Part shown: positions 1 to 25,000 of the stretch, in pieces | Position numbering within the stretch: position 1 is the stretch's first letter | Layout of the letters: the number at the start of each line of letters is the position of its first letter | Translations under genes and position numbers: made by a program | Assembly: GCF_009914755.1 (NCBI RefSeq) | Contig: NC_060941.1 | From: the human T2T-CHM13v2.0 reference genome, Homo sapiens | Direction: 5' to 3' (one strand) | Length of the DNA stretch: 64,000 bases | Notes under the pieces: model-generated | Told to the model about the DNA's origin: nothing | Seen by the model: only the letters and a program-made list of their open reading frames with translations | Database searches by the model: none

Positions 1-25
1 TTTGCAAAGAATTGATAGAGTTTAA

Positions 26-64
26 GTGTGTGTCTGTGTGTGTGTGTTTGTGGGTGTGCATGTG
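26..64. repeat. imperfect (TG)n microsatellite
   Basis: gtgtgtgtctgtgtgtgtgtgtttgtgggtgtgcatgtg. Confidence 0.8.
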
Positions 65-419
65 CAGCACACAGACATGCATTATGAAGAGGGAGTTACT
101 CAAGTAAAAAGCACCTGCCATTACCATAACAGGTATGATCTAGGCCGACCCACGATGCTTGGGTGGGTGGTGGGACATTCATAATAGAACATTTAACTAC
201 AGGCATGCTTATATTCCAGTTATGTAGAGGGCCCAGTACACCTCTAAATTGTTGCACTAGAGTCTTTATTTTGGCTGGATTTAAAGGCCAGTTCCCAAAA
301 TTTGTGTAGATTCTTTGTAGTTACATAATTAAAAATTGAAAGAATTTTAAAAATGACAACTGTAGTCTCACTGATTTTTTTAAATAAAATTAAAAGACCA
401 GTATAACTGTAAGCCCTAG

Positions 420-3295
<2,876 letters not shown>

Positions 3296-6200
3296 CAGGT
3301 TGAAAACACTTTTTGTAGAAACTACAAAGCAACATTTCAATGTTCATTGACACCTATAAAAAAACCCTATAACACGGCAATAAAAACTAGAAACAAGCTA
3401 TTTGTGAAAATGCTTTGCCATGTGTTCATTCTAGGTTGGAAACACTCTTTTGTAAAAGTCTATGAAGAAACATTTCAAAGCCCATTTAAGCCTATACTGA
3501 AAAACTAAATACCCTGCGATAAAAACTGGAAACTAGCTCTCTGTGAAAATTCTTTGCAATGTGTGAATTCATCTCACAGAGTTAAACCTCTGTTTTGATT
3601 TAGCATTTTGGAAATACTCTTTTCTAGAATCTACAAAGTGACATTTCATAGCCCATTGAGATCTAAAGTGAAAAACCTAATATCCCAGATAAAAACTACA
3701 AACAAGCTATTTGGGAAAACCCTATATGATGTGTGGATTCATCTCACAGAGTTAAACCTTTGTTTTGATTCAACAGGTTGGAAACACATCTTTTCTAGTA
3801 TATACGAAGGGACATTTCAAAGCCAATTGAGGCCTATATGAAAAAACAAATATCCTGCTATAAAAAGTAGAAACAAGTATCTGTGAGGATGCTTGATGAT
3901 GTGTGTAGTCATCTCACATAGTTAAACCTTTGTTTTTATTCAGAAGGTTGGAAACACTCTTTTTGGAGAATCTACAAAGAAACATTCTGAATCCCATTGA
4001 GGCCTATAGTGAAAACTTGAATATCCTGTGATAAAAACGAGAAGCAAGCTATCTGTGAAAATGCCTTCTGATGTGTGGATTCATCTCTCAGAGATAAGCC
4101 TTCATTTTGATTCAGTAGTTTGGAAATACTTTTATTGTAGAATATAGGAAGGGACATTTAAATGCAATTGAGGCCTGTGCTGAAAAACTGAATATCCTGT
4201 GATAAAAACTAGAAGCAACACATCTGTGAAAATGCTTTGTGATGTGTTCATTCATGTCACAGAGTTAAACTTTTGTTTTGATTAAACAGTTTGGACACAT
4301 TCCTTTTCTAAAATCTACGAAGAGACATTTCAAAGCCCATTGAGGCCTACAATGAAAAACCGAATCTCCAACGATAAAAACTAGAAATCAGCTATCTGTA
4401 AAGATGATTTGTGATGTGTGGATTCATCTCACAGAGATAAACATTTGTTTTGATTCAACAGGTTGAAAACAGCTTATTGTGGCCTGTGGTGAAAAAATGA
4501 ATATTCCGTGATAAAGATGAGAAACAAGTATCTGTGAAAATGATTTGTGATGTGTGCAGTCATCTCATATAGTTAAACCTTAGTTTTGATTTAACAGGTT
4601 GGAATCACTCGTATTGTAGAATCAACGAAGGGACATTTTGAAGCCCATTTATTTTTATAGAGAAAAACCAAATATCCTGTGATAAAAACTAGAAACAGGC
4701 TACCTGTGAAAATGCTTTGTGGTGTGTGGATTCGTTTCACAGAATTAAACCTTTGTTTTACTTCAGCAGTTTGAAAATGCTCTTTTTGTAGAATCTACGA
4801 AGAGACATTTCAAAGCCCATTGAAGCTTATAGGGAAAACTGAATATCCCATGATAAAAACTAGAAACAAGCTATCTGTGAAAATGCTTTGCAATGTTTTC
4901 ATTCATTTCACAAAGTTAAACCTTTGCTTTGATTCAGCAGATTGGAAACACTCTTTCTGTACAGGCAGTGAAGGGACATTTTGGAGCCCATTGAGGCCTA
5001 CAGTGGAAAACTGAATATCCCACAATAAAAACTAGAAACAAGCTATCTGTGACAAGGTTTTTTGATCTGTAGATTTATCTCACAGCATTAAACTTTGTTT
5101 TGATTCAGCAGGTTGGTAGCACTTTTTTTATAGAATCTACAAAGGGATATTTTGGAACCAATTGAGGCCTGTAATGAAAAACCAAATGTCCTGCAATAAA
5201 AACTAGACAAAAGCTATCTTTGAAAATGCTTTGCAATGTGTGGATTCTTCTCACAGAGTTAAACCTTTGTTTTGAATCAGCAGGTTGCAAAAGCTCTATT
5301 TATAGCACCTAAGAAGGAACATTTTGGAGCCCATTGAAGCCTATAGTGACAAACCAAATATCCAGTGATTAAAACTAGTAGCAAGATATCTGCAAAAGTG
5401 CTTTGCAATGTGTGGATTAATCTCATAGAGTTAAATCTTTGTTTTGTATCAGCAGGTTGGCCACACTCTTTTTGTACAATTCATAAAGTGACATTTCAGA
5501 GTTCACTAAGACCTATAGCAAAAAAACAAATAATTCAAAATAAAAACTAGAAACAAGCTATATTTCAAAATGCTTGGTGATGTGTGGATTTATATCACAG
5601 AGTTAAACTTTTGTGTTCATTCAGCAAGTTGGAAACACTCTTTTTGTGAATTCTACATAGGGACGTTTTGATGTCAGTTGAGGCCTACAGTGAAAAACCT
5701 AATATCCTGTGAACAAAACAAGAAACTGTCTGTGAAAATACTTTGTGATGTATGGATTCATCTAGCATAGTTAAACCTTTGTTTTGATTCAGCAGGTTGT
5801 AAACACTTTTTTGGTAGAATTTACAAAGGGACATTTCAGAGCCCATAGAGGCCTACATTGAAAAACATAATATTTCATGTTAAAAACTAAAAACAAGGTA
5901 TCTGTGAAGATGCTTTATGATGTGTGGATTCAGCTCACAGAGATAAACCTTTGTTTTGATTCAGCAGATTGGCAAGACTCTTTTTGTAGAATCTACGAAG
6001 GGACATTTTGAAGCCCATTGAGCCCTATAGTGAAAAAAAGTATATCCCACGGTAAAAACTAGAAACAAGCTATCTGTGAAAATGCTTTGTGATATGTGCA
6101 TTCATTTCACATAATTAAACCTTACTTTTTAATCAACTAGTTGGAAACACTCTTATTGTAGAATCTAGGAAAGGACATTTCAAAGCCCATTCAGGCCTAC

Positions 6201-7066
6201 AGAGAAAAACCAAATATCCTGTGATAAAAACTATAAACAAACTATCTGTGAAAATGCTTTGGGATATGTGGACTCTTTTTGTAGAATCTACGAGGGCACA
6301 TTTCAAAGCCAATTGAGGCCTACAGTGTAAAACCTCATATCCAGAGACAAAAACTAGAAACAAGCTATCTATGAAAATGCTTTTCAATGTGTTAATTCAT
6401 CCCACAGAGTTAAACATTTCAAAAAAAAAAATCAGGTTGGAAACAGTCTTTTTGTAGAATCTTTGAAGAGATGTTTCAGAGTGCATTGTGGCCTACTGTT
6501 TAAACTAGAATATCCAACAATGGAAACGAGAAACAACTACCTTGATTCAGCATGATGGAAACACTCTTTTTAAAGAATTTACTAAAAGGCATTTCGGAGC
6601 CCATGGATGAGTATATTGAAAAACTGACTATCCCACAATACAAACCAGCAAAAATTTATTAGTGAAAATGCGTTGCTTGTGTGGATTCATCTCACAGTGT
6701 TAAACCTTTATTTTCATTAAGTAGGTTGGGAATACTCTTTTGTAGAATATACAAAAAAGACATTTTGGTGAACATTGAGGCCTAAAGTAAAAAACCGAAT
6801 ATTTCGTGATAACAGCTAAAAACTATCTATCTGTAAAAATGCTTTGCGATGTGTGTATTCATCTCACAGAGTTAAACCACTGTTTTGATATAACAGGTTG
6901 AAAACACTTTTTTGTAGAATCTACGAAGGTACATTTCAGAGCCTATTAAGGTATATACTGAAAAACCTAATATCCTGGGATAAAAACCAAAAACAAGCTA
7001 TCTGTGTAAATGATTTGTGATTTGTGGATTCATCTTACTGTGTTAAACCTTTTTTTTTTTATTCAG
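3296..7066 (+). repeat. divergent monomeric alpha satellite (172-bp unit), block 1
   Basis: Tandem aaaactagaaacaagctatctgtgaaaatgctttgtgatgtgtggattcatctcacagagttaaacc...tgaggcctatagtgaaaaaccgaatatcc; ctagaaac recurs at 4860 and 5032 (172 bp apart). Confidence 0.93.
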
Positions 7067-7707
7067 TTAAACTTTTTTTTTGTTCCCCACAAGTTGGAGT
7101 CCTCCCACCTGGGCACCACGCCATGTTGTGGACAGCTTGTGCAAGGAAGGGAATGGGGGGATGGAGTTGGTAGCACTTTCTGTGTCATCTCTCTGCACCT
7201 TTTTTGCAGGTTAAGTTGTGGGACCCTATCCACACCCCACCAGATTGTATCCTCACCCCTATCTAACCTTATTGCTGCTCACACTCTTCATCCTACAATG
7301 AAACTTCAGGATGATGGAGGAGTGCCTGGCTCATGACTTCAAGCACAGTTCAGCTGAAAACCGAATTTGAGGTGGATTGAAGGGGCCCAGCGGACAGGAC
7401 TGCTAGGGACTGGAAGTGGGTTGGCCACAGAACAATGAGGCCCTGGGAGGTGTCTGTTCTTGGATGTGGTGTGCTTCTGTTCTTTCTAGAAGAGTGGTTC
7501 TTTTGCCGGGGGAGGTGATTTAGACCACTGCGGACCTCAGCCAGCCCTCAAATCACCAGGGATTGAGGAACCACGGAAAAAAAAAAAAAAAAGGACACGC
7601 AGCCCAGTAACCCAAGCAGAGCCACACAGGCACACCAGAAGGTGGGGTTACTCAAAATAAAAAGAGTTCCAGTGCATGAGCCACATTTCTTACAGCAGGC
7701 GCCACTT

Positions 7708-7748
7708 ACACACCCACAGACACACACACACACACACAGCCACACACA
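7708..7748. repeat. (CA)n tract in macrosatellite unit 1 (paralogues ~10200-10230 and ~12669-12710)
   Basis: acacacccacagacacacacacacacacacagccacacaca. Confidence 0.8.
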
Positions 7749-10686
7749 GGCAGACATCCATCACTTGCAACACTCCCACAGAAACTCACAGCCTGGCAGC
7801 TTCTGAGGCTGAGCAGTTCTGCTTCACCAGGAAGTCCATCCAGCAAGAGAGCATTCCCAGGGAACACAGCCAAGCTGTACCTAGAAATCATAGTGGGAGA
7901 ACTTTCAAGAAGACTCACTGCACACCACCAAGGCAAGCCTGACGCATCCTGCAGATCTTTTTGGACCCTTAGGGATTTTGCGGTGTATTTCTGGGGCTCC
8001 ACTTGAGATTTCCTCAGGCTGACTCACCGCTGCCAACTGCTAGGATTGTGGGATTATCCCATGGATCCCCCAGAGAAGATGGCAGAGTCCAGTGCCGACG
8101 CACGTTCATAGAGGTCTTTTCCACTAAGCCACAGGGACTTGTTACCAGGCAATGGTGGCGTTCACTGTGACCTGAGCCTTGTCTCACCGCTCACACCGGG
8201 TGCCCTGAGACTGGTGCGTGTGCATTTTTGAGGCAGCCTCGGAAGCTGGTATGTCAAGGCAGTCAGTCTACCTAAGCAGAGAAAAATGGTACAGGCAGAG
8301 CCAGCCTGGTCTTGGGAAAAAGTCTGCTGGGACAACCACTGCCGGGATCCTAAAACTCTCAATAATATGGCCTCCTAGGATCATCTCAGTGGTTGCGTTG
8401 CGCTGGAGGGGGAGGAGTTTCAATAATGTCAGCTGGGCGCAGGAAACTGCTCTTCTGACTCCATTCCCGAAAGAGGCTGTATGCAGGAATTGGGTCACAT
8501 GGGGGTGGGAATACAACCTGGTGAGTTGTTGAGGGGTGTCCGGGTGATGGAATCATACCTGAGAGTCCAGAGGCGGGTGTCAGTGGAAGATGGCCGGGCC
8601 ACTGAGCTCCCTGCCTTCCTTCATCCTGGGCCTCTCAGGGTTTCCTGCTTCTCAGCACGGCTCTCTGGGAAAGGGAGGATCCATGACAAAGGCAAGTCCA
8701 AGGTGGAGCAGAGGTCTCAGACTAGGAACTGGCCTCTCATGGGTGCAGATGACGTTGAGTGTCTCAGAGGCCATCTGAGGTGATTGCAAGCCTGAAAATT
8801 GTGTCCAGAAGTGCTGTCGAGGGGCACTGTGGACTCCTCCATGAAAGCAGAGGAAAATCAAGGCTCGATTGGGAGAACAAGAGGGTCTGTGCTGGAGTCC
8901 AAGCTGCTTTGAAGAATTCCTGCCAGAAGACCCAACAGCCTCCTGCAAAGTGCAGACAACCCCAGCCCCCACAACAAGACCACTACCTACAACCTGGAGT
9001 GCAGCCAGCCTACCCGAAGTTTCTTTTGCTCCTTGGAACACCTGGCAGCCAAAAGATCCATGGCAAGAGGCAGTCCCACCCAACAACAGCCCAATAAAAG
9101 ACCCTTTTCACAATGAGAAAGGACATGCAGATGAAATGAAACAGAGCCTAGATTACCAGGCAAAAGCCAGACAAGGCTGCAAGCTTCTCAAGCTACATAA
9201 AACATGCAGCCCTCTGATAAAACTGGAAGAACAAGAGTTTTCTTGTTTGTGAATATTGCAGGAATTTATGCTTCCAAAAGTATCACAGCTGCCCAGTCAT
9301 TAAAACTTGACAGTATTTAGAAGGAAACACTCATGCAATTGATCCCCATGAGAGTCGTCATCCCTGAACTGGGAAATGTTTACTGTGGAAGACTTAGAGC
9401 CTAACCCAGGAAACCTTTGGCCCACGAGAAACTTGTAAGTCAGAAAAACAGTAGGCCAGTGCGGAGGCCACCTCCTACCCAGCATCAATCCATCCCACTC
9501 CCATGTGGCTCCAGGAATAAAAGCCCAAATCAGGAGCTGGCTAGAGTGGCCCCACTTTGCACTCCAACTGTTCCCTACATGTTGTAGTCCTCCAACCTGG
9601 GCATTGGGCCATGGTGTGGACTGCTTGTGCAATGAAGGGAATGTGTGGATGGAGTTGGAAGCACCTATTGTGTCATCGGGTCTGCACCTTTTTTGCAGGT
9701 GAAGGTGCGGGACCAAAACCACAAGTTGCCAGATTTTATCCTCACCCCTGTCTGACCTTATTGCTGCTCACACTCTCCATCCCAGAATGAAATATCAAGA
9801 CAATGGAAGGGTGCCCACCTTACGAAGTGGAGCACCTGCTCCACTAGGAACCGAATTTGAGGTGGATTTAAGGGGCCCTGCTGACAGGACTGCTTGGGTC
9901 TTGCCCTTGGTTGGCTGCAGGAAAATGAGGCGCTGGGATTTGTTTGTTCTTCGGTGTGATGTGCTCCTCTTCTTTCTAGAAGAGTGGAACCTTTGCAGGT
10001 GGAGGTGATTTGGACCCCGACAGGTCTCAGCCAGCCCCCCAATTCACTACGGATTCAGGAACCATGGAAACACCAATGACAGGGAGCCCCACAGCTCAAG
10101 CAGAGCCACACAGAAAGGCACACCAGAAGTTGGGGCGACTGGAAAAAAAAAGTGCTGCAGTGCGTTAGCCACAGGCCTTTCAGGACAGTCCACTTACATG
10201 CACACACACACAGCCACACACACACACAGACATCCAACACTCCCAACGCTCATGGAAACACAGTCTGGCAGCTTCTGAGGCTGCACGGTTCTGCCCGAAG
10301 CCCCTTCTGGGACAGAGAAGGCCTGGGGAAGACAGGCGGGCTGTACCTAGAAATCACAGTGGGGGGGCAAGTTTCAAAAAGACTCACCCCTACACCGTAA
10401 GGTAGGCCTGACCCTCCTGCAGAGCCCTTTGGATCTTTAGGAATTTCACAGTTTATTCCTGGGGCTCCCCTTGATGTTTCTTCAGGCTGGCTGACCCCTG
10501 CCCTCTCGTAGGATTGTGGGACTATCCCGTGGATCCCCCAGAGAAGGCAAGCTACAGTCCAACGCTGACGCAGGTCCATAGAGGTCTCCTTCTACTTCAA
10601 GCCACAGGGACTTGTCACCAGGCAGCGGTGGCATTCACTGTGCCGTCAGCCGCTGGTCACCGCTGGCACCTAGTGTTCTGAGACTG

Positions 10687-10704
10687 GCGCATGCGCATTC
10701 GCGA
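10687..10704. promoter_or_regulatory. NRF1-type palindrome GCGCATGCGCA plus adjacent TCGCGA core in macrosatellite unit 2
   Basis: Sequence match only. Units 1 (~8214) and 3 (~13165) carry decayed versions (gtgcgtgtgca, acgcatgtgca). Confidence 0.4.
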
Positions 10705-13700
10705 CACACACCTGGCTGTCAGGACAGTCAGCCTGCCTAAGCAGAGGAAAATGGTACAGGCAGAGCAGGCCTGGTCTCAGGAAAAAGGCTGCCAGAAACG
10801 ATTCATTGCGGGACCCTATAAGTCTCAACCATAGTGCCTCCTTGGGCCGTCTCCATGGTCAGGTCCTGCTGGAGAAGGAGGCATTTTGAGACTGTCAGGT
10901 GGGCACTGGAAACTGCTCTTCTGACTCCATTCCTGAAAGAGGCTGTGCAAGAATCAAGAATCGGGTCCCATGGGAATGGGTATACAGTCTGGTGAGTTGC
11001 TGAAGGGTCTCTGGGTGATGGAAAGATACCTGCAATCCCAGAGGCTGGTGTCAGCAGAAGATTGCCAGGCCCTTGAGCTTACTGACTCCCTTCACACTGG
11101 GCCTCGCAGGGGCTCCTGCTTCTCAGCATGACTCTCTGGGAAAGGCAGGAACCAAGATAAAGGCAAGTCCAAGGTGGAGCAGAGGTCTCACACCTAGAAC
11201 TGGCCTCTCACGGGTGCAAATGAGGCTGAGAGAGTGTCTCAGAAGCCATCTGGGGCCATTGCAAGCCTGAAAAGGGTGTCCAGGAGTGCTGTTGAGGGGC
11301 TCTGTGGAACCCCTTGAAAGCAAAGAAAAATCAAGTCTCGCCTGGGAGAACAAGCGGAGTTGTGCTGAGTTCACCATGTTCAAGTATTCCTGCTGGAGGT
11401 CCAAACAGCCTCCTACAAAGTTCAAACAACCCCAGTCCCCACAACGAGACCACTACCCACAACCTGGAGTGCAGCCAGCTTACACAAACTTTCTTTTGCT
11501 CCCTGAAATACCTGGCAGCCAAAAGATCTGTGGCGAGAGGCAGTCCCACCCAGCAACAGCCCAATGAAAGACCCTTTCCACAATAAGAAAGGACGTGCAG
11601 ATGAAATGAAACAGAGCCTAGATTACCAGGCAAAAGCCAGACACGGCTGCCTGCTTGTCATCCTACAGGAATCATGCAGCCCTCCAATAGAAGGAGAACA
11701 GGAGTTTTCTTTTTGGCGAATATAATGGAAATCTACGCTTCCAAAAATATCACAGCTGCCCAGTCATTAAAACGTGACAGTGTTTAGAAGGAAGCACTCT
11801 TGCAATGGATTCCCATGAGGGTCATCCTCCACGAACTGGGAAACATTTACTGTGGAAGACTTTGAGCCTAACTGAGGAAACCCCAGGCCCATGAGGAAGT
11901 TGGAAGTCAGGAAAACAGTAGGCCACTGCGGAGGCCACAACCCACCCAGCATCAATCCGTCCCACATTCATGTGGCTCTGGAAATGAAAGCTGAAATTGG
12001 GAGCTGGCCAGAATGGCCCCAGTTTGCGCTCCAACTCTTCCCTACACCTTGGAGTACTCCCTCCTGAGCACCAGGCCATGGTGTGAACTGCTTGTGCAAA
12101 AGAGGCAATGCAAGGATGGAGTTGGAAGCACCTTCCATGTCATCTGTCGGCACGTTTTTTGCAGGTGAAGGTGCGGGACCCCATCCACACCTAACCAGAT
12201 TGTATCCTCACCCCTATCTACCTGATTGCTGCTCACATTCTTCATCCCAGAATGAAATCCCAAGACGATGGAGAATTGTGTACCTCACGACGTGAATCAC
12301 CTTCTCCACTGGGAACCAAATTTGAGGTAGATTCAAGGGGCCCAGCGGACAGGACTGCTAGAGTCTGGCCCTGTGTTGGCCACAGGAAAATGAGGCTCTG
12401 GGAGGTGTCTGTTGTTGGGTGTGGTGTGCTCCTCTTCTTTCTAGAAAAGTGGCTTCTTTGCAGGGGGAGGTGATTTGGACCCTGTCGGGTCTCAGCAAGC
12501 CCCCAAATTCACCGCGGATTCAGGAACCACGGTAAAACAAATACATGGAGCCCCGCTGCCACAGCAGAGCTACATGGACAGGTGCACTAGAAGGCAGGGT
12601 GACTCGGAAAAAAAAAAAGGTGTTCCAGTGCGTGAGCCCCTTTCCTTTCAGTAGACGCCACTTACAGGCACACACAGACACACACACACGCACAGCAACA
12701 GACACACGCAGACATCCAACACAACACTCCCACAGAAACACACAGCCCGGAAAATTCCGAGGCTGCGCAGTTCTGCAGGAAGCCCCTCCTGGGAGAGAGC
12801 AGCCCCAAGGAACACAGGCGGGCTTTACCTAGAAATCACTGAGGGGCAAGTTTCAAAAAGATTCACCCCCACCCTCTCTAGACATGCCTGAAACATCCTG
12901 CAGATCTTTTTGTATCCTTAGGAATTTCATGGTTTATTCCTGGGCTCTGCTTGACGTTTCTTCAGGCTGGCTCGCCGGTACCATCTCCTAGGATCCTGGC
13001 GCTATTTCATGGATCCCCAGAGAAGACAGGCGAGAGTACATCGCTGACGACGTCCACAGAGTCCTCCTTCCCCTCCATGCCTCATGGACTTGTCGCCAGG
13101 CAACGGTGACTTTCACTGTGAGGAGAGCCATGGCTCACGGCTCGCGCCTGGTGCCCTGAGCCTGACGCATGTGCATTTGTGAGGCATGCCTGGGCACCGG
13201 GCTGTCAGGGCTGTCAGCCTGCCTAAGCAGAGGAAAATGATACAGGGAGAGCAGGCCTGTCTCGGGAAAAGGCTGCCTGCGACAATCACTGCGGGACCCT
13301 AAAAGTCTCAACTATAGGGCCTCCTCCGCCGTCTCCATGGTCAGGTCCTACTGGAGCAGAAGGCATTCGGAGACTGTGAGATGGGTGCTGAAAACTGCTC
13401 TTCTGACTCCATCCCCGAAAGAAGCTCTGTGCAGCAATCGGGTCCCATGGGAAGGGGAATACTGTATTGTAGACTGTTGAGCAGTCTCCAGGTGCTGGAG
13501 TCATATCTGAAACCCCAGAGTCGGTTGTCAGCAAAAGATGTCCATGCCCTTGAGCTCACTGTCTAACTTTGTCCTGGGCCTTGCAGGGGCTCCTGCTTCT
13601 CAGCACGGCTCTCTGGGAAAGGCAGGAACCACCAAAAAGGCAAGTCCAAGGTGGAGCAGAGGTCTCACACCTCAAACTGGCATCCCACGAGGGCAGATGA

Positions 13701-14208
13701 GGTTGACAGAGTGTCTCAGAGGCCATCTGGGGTGATTGCAAGCCTGAAAAGGGTGTCCAGGAGTACTGTTGAAAGGCACTGTGGACCCCCCATGAATGCA
13801 AAGAAAACTCAAGGCTCGCCTGGGAGAATGGGAGTGCCTGTGTTGGAGTCCAAGCCATGTTCAAGGATTCCTGCCAGAGAACCCAAGAGATTCTTGCAAA
13901 GTGTAAACAATCCCAGCCCCCCAAAACAAGACCACTACCCACAACATGGAGTGTAGCCAGCCTATCCGAAATTCCATTTGCTACCAGAAATCTCTGGCAG
14001 CGAAAGGATCTGTGGCAAGAGGCAGTCCCATTCATTAACAGCCCAATGAAAGGCTCACTGCACGAAAGGAAAGGACGTGCAGATTAAATGAAACAGAGCC
14101 TAGATTACCAGGCAAAACCCAGATAAGGCTGCCTGCTTCTCATTTTATAAAAATCATGCAGCCCTCCAATAGAAGTGGGGAGCAAGAGTTTTCTTAATAG
14201 TGGATATG

Positions 14209-22027
<7,819 letters not shown>

Positions 22028-25000
22028 AGAGTATCCAGCAATAAAACTAGAAATAATCTATCTGTGAAAATGCTTTGCAATGTGTGGATTCATCTCACAG
22101 AGTAAAACCTTTGTTTTTACACAGCAAATTAAAAGCTTTTTCTTGTGGAATCTACAAAGGGACATTTAGGAGCCCATTGAGGCCTCTCATGAAAAACCAA
22201 ATATCATGTGATAAAAACTAGAAACAAGCTATCTGTGAAAATGTTTGCAATGTATGGATTTATCTCACAGAGTTAAACCTACAGTTTTATACAACAGGTT
22301 GGAAACACTCTTTAAGGAGAATATTTTAAAAAGACATTTCTGAGCTCTTTGTAGACTATAGTAAAATCCAAACATCCCCTATAAAAACTAGAAAGAAATA
22401 ATCGGTGAAAATGCCTTGCAATGTGTGGATTCATCTCACAGAGTTAAAAACCTTGTTTTGATTCAGGAGGTTGGAAACACTCTCTTTGTGGAATCTATGA
22501 AGGGACATTTTGAAGCCCTTTGAGGCCTATAGTGAAAAACCAAACACCCTGTGATAAAAATTAGATGCAAGCTATATATGAAAATGCTTTGTAATGTGTA
22601 GATTTATCTCACAGAATTAAACCTTTGTGTTTACACAGAATTTTGGAAACACTCTATTAATAGAATCTAAAAGGAAATAATTCTGAGCCCATTGAGGCCT
22701 ATAGCGAAAAACCGAATATCTTGCGATAAAAACTTGAAACAAGCTGTCTATAAAAATACTTTGTGATATGTGGACTCACCTCAAAGAGTTAAACTTTTCT
22801 TTTGATTAAGCAGGTTAGAAACATTCTTTTGTAGAATCTACAAGGGGCATTTCTGAACCCACTGAGGCCTATAGTGAAAAACAGAATATTACAGGATAAA
22901 ATCTAGAAAAAACATATCTGTGAAAATGCTTTGCAATATGTGGCTTCTTCTCACAATGTAAAACCTTTGTTTTGATTTAGCAAGTTGGAAACTCTCTTTT
23001 TGTACAATTTGTGAGGAGACATTTCGAAGACCATTGAGGCATGTAGTGAAAAACTAAATATCCCATGATAAAAACTAGAAACAAGCTATCTGTGAAAATG
23101 CTTTGTGATGTGTGGATTTAGCTCACAGAGTTAAACCTTTGTTTTTTATACCACAGTTTTCAAACACTCTTTTAGTAGAAAGTAAAGGAAGACATTTCTG
23201 ATCCCATCAAGGCCTATAGTGAAAAACCGAATATCCAGCGATAAAAACTAGAAACAAGCTATCTGTGAAAATGCTTTGCAATGTGCAGATTCATCTGACA
23301 GGGTTAAATCTTTGTTTTGATTCAACAGGTTAGAAACAGTTTTTGTACAATCTACAAAGGGACATTTTGGAGCACATTGACGCCTACAGTGTGAATCCAA
23401 ATATTTTGCGATAAAAACTAAAAATAAGCTATTCTTTGAAAATGCTTTGTGATGTGTACAATCATCTCACAGAGTTAAACCATATTTACATACAGCAGTT
23501 TAGAAACACTCTTTTTGTAGAATTTAAGAAGGTACAATTAAGATTCCATTGAAGCTTATAGTTAAAAACCAAATATTCAGCAATAAAAACTAGAAACAAG
23601 CTATCTGAAAAATGCTTTGCAATGTGTGATTTGATATCACAGAGTTAAACCTTTATTTTGATTCAGAAAAAAATAAACTTTTTTTTCTGGAATCTACGAA
23701 GAGACATTTTGGAGCCCATTGAGGCCAATAGTGAAAAATTGAATGTCTCATGATAAAAGCCAGAAACAAACTATCTGTGAAAATGCCTTGCAACATGTGG
23801 ATTCGTCTCACAGAGTTAAACCTTTGTTTTTATTGAGCAGGTTGGAAACACTCTCTTTACGGAATCTGCAAATGGACATTTCAGAGCCTATTGAGGCCTA
23901 CACTGAAAAACCAAATATCCTGCAATAAAAACTACAAATAAGCTACCTGTGAAAATGTTTTGTGAGGTTTGGATTCATCTCACAGATTTAACCCTTTGTT
24001 TTGATTCAGCAGGTAGGAAACTCTTTTTCTAAGATCTACTCTGAGACATTTCTGAGCCCAATGAGGCCTATAGTGAAAAACTGAATATCCCACTTTAAAA
24101 ACCAGAAACAAGCTATTTGAAAATATGCTTTGCAATATGTGGATTTCTCTCACAGAGTTATACCTGTGTTTTGATTCTGTAGGTTGAAAAAATTCTTGTT
24201 ATAGAATCTATGAGGGGATATTTCAAAGTGCACTGAGGCCTATAGTGAAAAACAGAATATGCCATGATGAAAACTAGAAAGAAGCTATTTGTGAAAATGC
24301 TTTGTGATGTGTGGATTTATCTCACAGAGTTAAGCCTTTGTTTTTATTTTGCAGGTTGGAAATACTCTTGTTGTAGAATCTATGAAGGGACATTTCAGAG
24401 CTCATTGAGGCCTATAGAGAAAAATCAAATATCCTGCGATAAAAACTGTAAAGAAGCTACCTCTGAAAATACTTTGTGATGTGTGATTTTATCTCAGAAG
24501 TTGAACTTTTCATTTGATTCTGCAGGTTGGAAACTCTTTTTTTGTAGAATCTACAAGGAGACATTTCATAGCCCATTGAGGCCTATAGTGAAAAATCGAA
24601 TATCCCTTGATAAAGACTAGAAACAACCTATCTGTAAAAATGCTTTGTGATGTGTAGATTCATTTTACAAATTTAAACCTTTGTTTTGCTTCATCAGGTT
24701 GGAAACTCTTTGAATCTACAAAGGGACAATTCAGGGCCCATTGAGGCCTTTAGTGAAAAACCAATTACCCTCAGTAAAAACTAGATATAAGCTATGGGTG
24801 AAAATGCTTTGTGATGTGTGGATTCATCTCACAAGTTAAACCTTTGTTTTGATTCAGCAGGTTGGAAACACTCTTTTAATAGAGTTTATGAGGGAAAATT
24901 TCAGAGCCCATTGAAGCCTCTTAATAAAAACTGATAAGAAATAGAAACAAGCTATCTGTGAAAATGCTTTGTGATGTGTGGGTTCATCTCACAGAGTTAA

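Larger units (their letters stand above)
7081..14200. repeat. SST1-like (NBL2/TTTY-related) GC-rich macrosatellite, ~2.9 copies of a ~2.47-kb unit
   Basis: Marker cctaagcagag(g/a)aaaatg at 8271, 10736 and 13222 (periods 2465 and 2486). aaatgaaacagagcctagattaccagg recurs at ~9133, ~11604 and ~14086. Each unit has a CA-rich tract. The tandem structure is seen directly; the family name is from recollection. Confidence 0.78.

Noticed and set aside
7081-14200. Many 60-160-aa ORFs in the GC-rich array as genes
   Set aside because: The frames are not conserved between the three units and match no protein I recognise; such ORFs are expected in GC-rich DNA.
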